DNA of 37,035 bases, taken from positions 1 to 37,035 of the forward strand of contig CAZEAD010000001.1 in assembly GCA_964510115.1 (NCBI GenBank), written 5' to 3'. Shown here piece after piece: positions 14,720-23,400 of the stretch; position 1 is the stretch's first letter; the number at the start of each line of letters is the position of its first letter. The position numbers and the translations under genes are program-made. Origin of the DNA: an uncultured Mycoplasma sp. GTDB taxonomy: Bacteria > Bacillota_I > Bacilli_A > RF39 > UBA660. A model generated the notes under the pieces. The model saw nothing but the letters and a program-made list of their open reading frames with translations. It searched no databases and was not told the origin of the DNA.

Positions 14720-17700
14720 TTAATCTATTAAAGCCTTACCAATAAAATGATTAGTTACTTTAACAGCATCTAACAAATCAATAGCATCATCGTCAATTAC
14801 ATTTCCAGCAATTCTATATGCCCCAGTCAAAGATGATTTACCAATAAAATCATTAGTTATTTTAACAGCGTCTAATAAATCAATTTCTCCATCACCAGTT
14901 GTATCACCTAAAACAATAATAACTTTTTGATCTTTAATTTCACCATTGATAATTAATTTTACAATCATTCCAGTTCCTATATTTGAATCAGTAACTACTG
15001 TAGTATCTGTACTATCATAGATAACCAAATATGCATTTTCATTATCAATATTATCTTTAAAGTCATCAATTGAAGTCAGAGATTTAACACCTAAAATATT
15101 ATCAGTAGTTACATTATATACTGAAGAAGTAATTTTCTGATCAGTCGGATCTTGCTCTCTCGTAATAACTAAAGTATAAACCTTTTCTGTACCATTTTCA
15201 CTAGTTACTTTAATCTTCAACTCATTTGCCCCAGCTTTTAAATCACTATAAGTATATGTATCTGTTTCTGTTAAGCTAGTCAAATCTTTACCAATCTCTA
15301 GTTTTGAAGCTTGATCTTCTTTACTAGCAGTAACTATAACAGATGTAATACCAGATGCCACAGTTGCGGTATAATTTTCTGTTTCTTTATTAAATGTCGG
15401 AGTCAATGTTCCTTCACTTATTTCAAGGTTTCCTAAATAATTATTATCAGATTTTCTACGAATATTAATTACATAAGTCGTCTTTGTAACATTATCTTGT
15501 GCTGTTACAACAACCTCAAATCTATTATCACCAACTTGTAATGTTTTAGTACCAGTTCCAGTTACAGTCGTGTTCTCCTCACCCGTAGCACTAATTACAA
15601 TTGAATCTTTTATATTAGAAACAGCATCTAAAGTATAACTAGTTTTAGAAGTTACAAATCCTGGAACCAAAACTCCATCTACTTCCAAACTTGCCAATCC
15701 AGAATTACTATTCATTGCTCTTATAATTGTTAACTTATAAATAGTTTTTTCATTATTCTCAGCAGTAACTTTTATTTCAAATTCATTTGAACCATATTCT
15801 AAAGTCACATCTCCAACACCCTCAATTACACTACTTGCATAAGGACTATTAGCAACTGCACTTATATTAACACTAGTAACATCACTTGTAACATGAACCT
15901 CATATTCTTTATGATCAGGAGCAAACACTGGAGAAAGAGTATAATCTGATCCATCTTTAGAAACTGTAAGAGCTGATAATGTACCATCATCATCCAATAC
16001 CTGTTCAAAATCAATAACATAAGTTTTAAGATTACCATCTTCTGGAGTTATCGTAATTGTAGCTTGTGAATCAGTTCCAATTGTATAATCACCAGTTCCA
16101 GTTATTCCTATTGCATCATTTGAAGTAGCAGCTACATGAATCGTTGTTACAGTTCGATCATATTTATATACATAACTATTTGTATTAGGATTAAACTCAG
16201 GAGTTAAAACACCTTGCGGATCACTAGTTACTTCCAAAGTAGCTAAATTTGCATCACTTAACAAACGACGAACTTTTAAAGTATAAACTTTAGTAACTGA
16301 ACCATCTTGAGAAGTTACTGTAAGAGTTATGTTGTTTTCTAAACCTTCTACTAAGAAATCAGCACCACTTACAACAACATCAGCCTCATCATGACTCTTA
16401 GTATAAGTAATAGCTAAACTTGAAATAGCACTACCAACAGGATCCAATGTATAAGTTATTGTATCCTTATTAAAATCAGTAACTGATACTCCACCAACTT
16501 TAATATCCAATAAATCAGCATCTGAACTCAATTCTCTTTTAATATTAACAGTATATGTTTTCGTAGAATCATCTTCAGCTGTAACTACAATCTTCACCTC
16601 ATTATTTCCAAATGCAAGAGATTTATTTCCAATTCCAGTAACACTTTTAACATTTTCACTACTAGCAGTAGCCTTAATCTCTACCTGATCAATATCATTT
16701 GGAACGCTTACTGTATATGTATCAACATTAGGACTAAACCTTGGATCAAGCGTATAAACATTATCACCATTTTCAACACTTAAACTTGCTAAAGTAACAT
16801 CAGAAGAAGTTTCCCTTTCAAATGTTACAGTATAAGTATCTTCACTTTCATCTTCAGCCACTACTTTAATTGTTGCAACTGTATCAACTCCTACTGTATA
16901 CTCTCCTATTCCTTCAATTCTAATTACCTTAGAATCAGCTGCAGTGGCATTAACATTTATTTTCTCAACACTTTCATCATAAATATAACGATAACTCTTT
17001 TTATTACCACTAAAAGTCGGAGTCAAAACACCTTGTGGATCACTAGTAACAATAAGTTCTGATAAAGTAGTATTATTTGATTTTCTATAAACATTTAAAG
17101 TATATGTTTCTTTAGTTGTTCCATCTTGAGCAGTAACCTCAACTAATATAGAATTATTTCCAAACTTCAAATTACTATTTCCTGTTACAGTATAAGTAGC
17201 ATGTGGATAACTAGTATGAGCTGTAATATTTAAAGAAGTTATACTTCCTGAAACTGGATCCAATGTATATGTATCAGTTCCACTTGTAAAACCTGCAATA
17301 GCAGTACCATTTACATCAATACCAGTTAAAGTTGCATCAGTATTAAGCTCTCTTACAACTCTAATATTATAAGTTTTTGTCTTATTATCCTCAGCTGTTA
17401 CTACTAATTCAAAATCATTATTTCCAAAATCAAGTGTTTTATTTCCAGTTCCAGTAACACCTTTAGCATTCGCACTACCAGCTGTTGCTTTTATCTCAAC
17501 ACTATCTATATTATTTGGAACACTAACTGTATAACTATCTTCAGTAGGACTAAAACTTGGATTAAGTGTATAAACAGTTCCACTATTTTCAACACTCAAA
17601 CTTCCTAAACTTGTATCTGAAGATTTCTTTCTTTCAAAATTAATTGTATAAGAATTAGTTGTACCATCCTCAGCTGTTACTGTAATAACAGCATTTGTAT

Positions 17701-20251
17701 CAACACCAATTGTATATTCCTTAAAACCAGTAACACTCTTTACATTAGCATTTGTTGTCGTACCATTAATATCTATTTTCGTTACCTTCTCATCATAAGT
17801 ATATGTATAAGTTCTAGTACCACTTGAGAAATTAGGACTCAATACACCTTGCGGATCACTTGTTACATTAAGTTCTGACAAAGTTGTATCATTTGATTGT
17901 CTATAGACATTTAAAGTATATGTTTCTTTAGTTGTTCCATCTTGAGCAGTAACCTCAACTAATATAGAATTATTTCCAAACTTCAAATTACTATTTCCTG
18001 TTACAGTATAAGTAGCATGTGGATAACTAGTATGAGCTGTAATATTTAAAGAAGTTATACTTCCTGAAACTGGATCCAATGTATATGTATCAGTTCCACT
18101 TGTAAAACCTGCAATAGCAGTACCATTTACATCAATACCAGTTAAAGTTGCATCAGTATTAAGCTCTCTTACAACTCTAATATTATAAGTTTTTGTCTTA
18201 TTATCCTCAGCTGTTACTACTAATTCAAAATCATTATTTCCAAAATCAAGTGTTTTATTTCCAGTTCCAGTAACACCTTTAGCATTCGCACTACCAGCTG
18301 TTGCTTTTATCTCAACACTATCTATATTATTTGGAACACTAACTGTATAACTATCTTCAGTAGGACTAAAACTTGGATTAAGTGTATAAACAGTTCCACT
18401 ATTTTCAACACTCAAACTTCCTAAACTTGTATCTGAAGATTTCTTTCTTTCAAAATTAATTGTATAAGAATTAGTTGTACCATCCTCAGCTGTTACTGTA
18501 ATAACAGCATTTGTATCAACACCAATTGTATATTCCTTAAAACCAGTAACACTCTTTACATTAGCATTTGTTGTCGTACCATTAATATCTATTTTCGTTA
18601 CCTTCTCATCATAAGTATATGTATAAGTTCTAGTACCACTTGAGAAATTAGGACTCAATACACCTTGTGGATCACTTGTTACATTAAGTGCTGATAAAGT
18701 TGTATCATTTGATTGTCTGTAAACATTTAAAGTATATGTACCCTTAGATACACCATCTTCTGCTGTTACCACTACAGTAATTGCATTATCTCCAACTTTT
18801 AAATTATTATTACCATTAACTACATATGTAGCATATTGAAAACTAGGAGTAGCAGTAACGTTTAAAGAAGTTACACTATTAACAACTGGAGCTAAAGTAT
18901 AAGTATCAGTACCACTCGTAAAACCATTAACTGTTACATTATTTACTTTTAAATCCGATAAAGTTGTATCTGTACTTGGATTTGATCTTGTTATTTCAAG
19001 TTCATAAGTATTTGAACTACAAACATTTCCCGGAACATCTTTATATAAAACATTACAATCTTCTGCATCTACAATAACACTTTTTTTATGCAAACCAGCT
19101 GTTGCAAAATTAAAATTTCCTGTTCCCTCTCTTATCGTCCCAGGTGAAACAGCAGTTGCGCTTACCAAAGTACTAGTAGTTCTATATGGAACAGTAGCAG
19201 TATATTTATAAGAACTATCAGAAAAATTTGGAGTCAATGTAATACCTGATAAAGAAAGAGCAGAAAGAGAAGCAACATTTGACAATCTCTTAATAACAAT
19301 TGTATAAATTTCTGCCGACCCATCTGCAGCAGTTACAGTAATAGAAAAACTATTATCTCCAACTACCAAATTTTTATTTCCAAGTTCACCAGGTAAAATA
19401 GAAGCACCAGAATCATGACCAACAGCTTGTAAATCAATACTAGATATTGCATTAGGAACAACAGTATTATAATTTGTAGTTGTACTGCCAGCAACAAAAG
19501 TAGGATTTAAAATATAAGATGTTTCCCCATTTTTAACAGTCAAACTTGCAAGAGTATTATCACTTGAAACCTCACCATATACTTCATATGAAACTGGAGT
19601 ACTAGTCATACTAGAAGCATTACCATCTTGATCAGTCTTAGAATTTCTTTCATCATCAAAAGTAAATTCAATCTTAGACTGTGGAGTTGCATCATCTTTT
19701 ACTTTAAAGAAATAAAAGAACATAACTCCTCCAGGATTAGTTAAAAGTGACCTAGATGCACTTTCATCCCCCAAAGTTACATTAATTAAATTTTTCCCAT
19801 CTTTAAAAAGTGGCATCTCATTAGCATCAGAAATTGTCCAACGAACACGAGTAGCAGCACTACCAGTTCCTGGGAATACTCCACCATTCTTCTCTGCTCT
19901 GTTATCAAACTCTAACATAATAAGATCTTCATCTTTCACTAACTCTAAAGCATTAGGATCATAATACATACCAATTTGTATTATCATAGCATCAGCCGGA
20001 TCCCCTACTTTATACTTAACACCCGCAGCTACATAACTACCAGGGTTAATAGCAGCACCATCACTAATTTTTACAGCATCGCCATCTTGATATGACATCA
20101 AAAAATCAGCAGTATCTAATCCATCAAATTCATATAATTCAACAGATATATCATAAGGAGAAGCTGCATTTACATCAAAAAATGGAACAAACATAAAAAT
20201 AGCGATAAGCAACAAAACAAAAATATTTCTTATTTTAAAACTGTACTTCAT
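14720..20251 (-). CDS. Giant secreted adaptor-like protein: signal peptide, cohesin-like module, 16 cadherin-like modules, X-like module, type-I-like dockerin
   Basis: The ORF is 1849 aa from ATG 20269. The internal ATG 20251 (MKYSFKIRNIFVLLLIAIFMFVPFFDVNA) fits the upstream extended -10 and the GGAAG RBS better. The C-terminus has two Ca-binding dockerin segments. Stop is TAA at 14720-14722. Confidence 0.85.
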   Translation of the reverse strand: MKYSFKIRNIFVLLLIAIFMFVPFFDVNAASPYDISVELYEFDGLDTADFLMSYQDGDAVKISDGAAINPGSYVAAGVKYKVGDPADAMIIQIGMYYDPNALELVKDEDLIMLEFDNRAEKNGGVFPGTGSAATRVRWTISDANEMPLFKDGKNLINVTLGDESASRSLLTNPGGVMFFYFFKVKDDATPQSKIEFTFDDERNSKTDQDGNASSMTSTPVSYEVYGEVSSDNTLASLTVKNGETSYILNPTFVAGSTTTNYNTVVPNAISSIDLQAVGHDSGASILPGELGNKNLVVGDNSFSITVTAADGSAEIYTIVIKRLSNVASLSALSLSGITLTPNFSDSSYKYTATVPYRTTSTLVSATAVSPGTIREGTGNFNFATAGLHKKSVIVDAEDCNVLYKDVPGNVCSSNTYELEITRSNPSTDTTLSDLKVNNVTVNGFTSGTDTYTLAPVVNSVTSLNVTATPSFQYATYVVNGNNNLKVGDNAITVVVTAEDGVSKGTYTLNVYRQSNDTTLSALNVTSDPQGVLSPNFSSGTRTYTYTYDEKVTKIDINGTTTNANVKSVTGFKEYTIGVDTNAVITVTAEDGTTNSYTINFERKKSSDTSLGSLSVENSGTVYTLNPSFSPTEDSYTVSVPNNIDSVEIKATAGSANAKGVTGTGNKTLDFGNNDFELVVTAEDNKTKTYNIRVVRELNTDATLTGIDVNGTAIAGFTSGTDTYTLDPVSGSITSLNITAHTSYPHATYTVTGNSNLKFGNNSILVEVTAQDGTTKETYTLNVYRQSNDTTLSELNVTSDPQGVLSPNFSSGTRTYTYTYDEKVTKIDINGTTTNANVKSVTGFKEYTIGVDTNAVITVTAEDGTTNSYTINFERKKSSDTSLGSLSVENSGTVYTLNPSFSPTEDSYTVSVPNNIDSVEIKATAGSANAKGVTGTGNKTLDFGNNDFELVVTAEDNKTKTYNIRVVRELNTDATLTGIDVNGTAIAGFTSGTDTYTLDPVSGSITSLNITAHTSYPHATYTVTGNSNLKFGNNSILVEVTAQDGTTKETYTLNVYRKSNNTTLSELIVTSDPQGVLTPTFSGNKKSYRYIYDESVEKINVNATAADSKVIRIEGIGEYTVGVDTVATIKVVAEDESEDTYTVTFERETSSDVTLASLSVENGDNVYTLDPRFSPNVDTYTVSVPNDIDQVEIKATASSENVKSVTGIGNKSLAFGNNEVKIVVTAEDDSTKTYTVNIKRELSSDADLLDIKVGGVSVTDFNKDTITYTLDPVGSAISSLAITYTKSHDEADVVVSGADFLVEGLENNITLTVTSQDGSVTKVYTLKVRRLLSDANLATLEVTSDPQGVLTPEFNPNTNSYVYKYDRTVTTIHVAATSNDAIGITGTGDYTIGTDSQATITITPEDGNLKTYVIDFEQVLDDDGTLSALTVSKDGSDYTLSPVFAPDHKEYEVHVTSDVTSVNISAVANSPYASSVIEGVGDVTLEYGSNEFEIKVTAENNEKTIYKLTIIRAMNSNSGLASLEVDGVLVPGFVTSKTSYTLDAVSNIKDSIVISATGEENTTVTGTGTKTLQVGDNRFEVVVTAQDNVTKTTYVINIRRKSDNNYLGNLEISEGTLTPTFNKETENYTATVASGITSVIVTASKEDQASKLEIGKDLTSLTETDTYTYSDLKAGANELKIKVTSENGTEKVYTLVITREQDPTDQKITSSVYNVTTDNILGVKSLTSIDDFKDNIDNENAYLVIYDSTDTTVVTDSNIGTGMIVKLIINGEIKDQKVIIVLGDTTGDGEIDLLDAVKITNDFIGKSSLTGAYRIAGNVIDDDAIDLLDAVKVTNHFIGKALID
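14723..14908 (-). other. Dockerin (two 22-residue segments) of the 1849-aa protein
   Basis: DTTGDGEIDLLDAVKITNDFIG and NVIDDDAIDLLDAVKVTNHFIG. These are EF-hand-like D.[ND].D..ID loops followed by helices. Confidence 0.75.
14909..15136 (-). other. X-like module immediately preceding the dockerin
   Basis: YNVTTDNILGVKSLTSIDDFKDNI...LVIYDSTDTTVVTDSNIGTGMIVKLIINGEIKDQKVIIVLGD. The same layout precedes the other two dockerins. Confidence 0.5.
15151..19568 (-). repeat. Array of 16 cadherin-like modules with an internal three-module super-repeat
   Basis: Counted by eye from recurrent L.SL.V...L.P.F.....Y...V......i.a........v.G.g...l..G.N...v.VTAeDg....Yt..v.R units. Modules 4 to 15 form four A-B-C triads. 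Confidence 0.85.
17091..18722 (-). repeat. Near-perfect tandem duplication, 2 x 816 bp (272 codons, three cadherin-like modules per unit)
   Basis: Direct comparison shows 17091-17851 identical to 17907-18667 (761 bp, no mismatch seen). A few mismatches occur in the remaining about 55 bp of each unit (for example 17852 c versus 18668 t). Confidence 0.97.
19569..20161 (-). other. N-terminal cohesin-like module of the 1849-aa protein (tentative)
   Basis: ..IIQIGMYYDPNALELVKDEDL..GGVMFFYFFKVKDDATPQSKIEFTFDDE resembles the cohesin i.YDp..Le.v / f.fkvk....g...i.f pattern. It is longer and more divergent than the other two. Confidence 0.4.
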
Positions 20252-20283
20252 AAAACACTTCCAAATCATCTATTCTTATAATG

Positions 20284-20292
20284 ATTATAACA
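20284..20292 (-). promoter_or_regulatory. Extended -10 element (TGTTATAAT) upstream of the 1849-aa gene
   Basis: Minus strand reads TGT-TATAAT. The -35 at 17 nt (TAGTAA) is weak. Confidence 0.4.
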
Positions 20293-20381
20293 TGTCATAA
20301 ACATATTTACTACTTTTTTTTGCAAATTTCGACAAATTATTATTTAAAAGTAATAATAAAAATCATAATTACAAAAATACC

Positions 20382-20408
20382 AAAAAAAAGAGATACATTA
20401 GTACCTCT
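20382..20408 (-). terminator. Rho-independent terminator after the 3460-aa gene
   Basis: Minus strand reads AGAGGTAC-TAAT-GTATCTCT (8 bp, one G-U) followed by T8. The stem overlaps the TAG stop. Confidence 0.7.
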
Positions 20409-23400
20409 AATTTACAGATGAGATTATCATTAAAATATAATTATTCAATATTGCTTTATCACCAACATTGACCGCTCCATCACCATTTATATTAGCAGCT
20501 ATAAATGGGTAATCACTTAAAAGTGAAATCATCAATATATGATTATTAATCATTGCTTTATCACCAACATTAATTTTACCATCACCATTGACATCACCTA
20601 AAACAATAACTTCTAATTCATCATAAACAATATCATCTTTTTCCAAACGTACTTTCATATAACTACTAGTCAAAGCTGTTAAATCACTAATCAAATTATT
20701 TTCTTTATCATAGAAATGTACCATAGTTAAATCATTATCAAAAGTTGTAATAAAATCATCTAACTTATAATTTGGTTCCATTCCAACAATATAATTATCA
20801 TCACGATTAATTGTATAAATAGGATTAATCAAAGTATAAGTAGTACTATCTCTAGTAATATTAAGCTTATATTCTTGAGTTGTATAACCATCCTTAGCAA
20901 TAACCTCAATTGTATAAATATTAATAATATCTAAAGATAAATCCAAATCACCAAGCAAATTAACTGTAGACTCAGGATCCTTAGCTATTGCAGTTATTTC
21001 ACTTTCCAAAAGTTTATCCTTACTTCTAGACACCTGAATATTATAAACAAAAGTATCTGGATCAAAAGCAAAATCATATCCTAAAATCTTCAAACTTTCT
21101 AATCTAGCATCAGATGTTGTCTCTCTAGTAACATTTATCGTATATGTCTTTTCATTACCATTTTCAGCTTTTACCACAATCGTTCTTACAAAATTATCAT
21201 TAGGAATAGCTTTCTGTTCATTACCTGTTACAACTGCAGTACTATCAGCAACCTCTACATCAAATTTTAAGAACAAATCTGTATCAGAAACCTTCATAGA
21301 ATATTCTAAAGTATCTGGATCAAATTCTGGAGATAACTCTCCAACACTAGGAACAATACTTATTACATCATTATTAGAACTCTTAACCCTAGTTATAACA
21401 ACTGTATAAGTCTTTGGATTACCATCTTCACTTGTTACTACAACATCATAACTATTTACATCATCTGTTAATTCCTTTGTTCCAAGACCAGTTATTGTTG
21501 CATTAGCATCAAATGCAGTTGCATCAATAGTAACAAACTTAATACTAGAAGGAACCTCAAGAGTATATTTTAAAGTATCTTTATCAAAAGTTTCATTAAA
21601 AGGAAGAACTTCTATTCCATTTAATACTCGTAAATTACTAAGGCTATTATTACCTGAAGCAATACGATTAACATTAATAGTATAAGTTCTCTCAACACCA
21701 GTCATTGATCTTGTTTTAACAAATATCTTATTTTGACCAATATTTAACTTATGTTTTCCAAGTCCTGAAATAATCTTAGCAGTTGTATCACTAACATCAG
21801 CATCAACTGTTATTTCAGTAACATCATTAGCAACCTCAACATTATAAACCATTTCATCTGGAGAGAAAGCCGGACTAAGCGTTCCTGGATCAACTGTTAA
21901 ATACAATAATTTATTATTAGTAGATAACTGACGATTTACATACAAAGTATATGTTTCAGTAAGAGTACCATCACCACTAGTAACAACTATTTCAACTTCA
22001 TTCATTCCAATATGGAAATTCTCATTTCCATTAATTTCAACATTAGCATTTTCATCAATTGGAAGTGCAGTAATATCAACATTAAATACCTCATTTGGAA
22101 CATCAATATAATATTCCATAAAATCTGAATCAAATTCTTGATCTAACTCATATCCTGTAACTTCCAAACTTTTTAACTTAGCACTAATCAAACTTTCCCT
22201 TACTACATTTATGTAATAAGATCTTACTGTTCCAAGTTCACTAGTTACATCAATTTTTATTTTATTTGATCCAACATCTAACGTATAATTATCAAAACCA
22301 CTAACAGTTGAACCACGAATCTCTGCAGCACCTGCAACTGTTATATTATCAATTTCATAAGGAACTGTTACCTCATACTCAGTTGTTTCCTTGTCAAATT
22401 CCGGAGTAAGTTCTCCTTCACTAACCAACAATGAAGCTAAATAATTATTATCACTACCATTCTTTGTAATCAAAACTGTGTATACCTTTTTAGTACCCGC
22501 TTCACTAGTAACTTCAATTAACACTTCATTTACCCCAGTAGCCACTGGATGTAAACCTATACCAGAAACCACAGCAGATGAATCTTCAGGAGTAGCATTT
22601 ATTATTACACTATTAACATCATTACCAACATCCACAGTGTAGAAAGTTATAGCCTTATGGAATGCTGGAATTAACTCCTGACCAACAACTTCCAAACTTG
22701 CCAAGTTATTATTTTTACTAGGACTTCTATTAACAGTTAAAGTATATACTTCTTTATCTTTGCCATTCGGAGCAGTTACTGTAATTGTTACTGTATTAGC
22801 ACCAGTTACAAAATCTTTATTACCTTCTACTACATAAACAGCTTCATCCTCAGTTGGTTTAATTGTTGTAAACTCTAAAGAACTACCACTAGTATTAATA
22901 GTATATTCCTTAATATCTTTATTAAACTTTGGACTCAATGTATGACCTTTGATTACCAAACTTGCCAAAGTAGCATCTGGACTCTTTTCACGTGTAATTA
23001 TTACTTGATAATCTTTTCTAAGACCTTCTTCATTAACTACTCCAACACCAATTGAATTTTTACCAACTCTTAAATCATAACTACCATTACCAACAACATT
23101 ATGATTTTCATTTACCGCTGTTCCCTTAATAGATACCTTAGATACATAATATGGAACAGTTACATTATAAATATAATCATAACTAGAAAATTCTGGAACA
23201 AGCTCCCCTTCTAAAACTTCCAAATCACTAAGCAATAACTCATCAGTTGTTGGTTCTTGTCTTATAACATTTAATGTATAATTTTTCTTATCACCACTTG
23301 GAGCAGTTACTACCACTACCACCTTATTGTTACCTACAACAAAATTTTCATTTCCCACTATTTCATATGTTGCATTTTCATCCTCCGGAATAGCCTCTAA

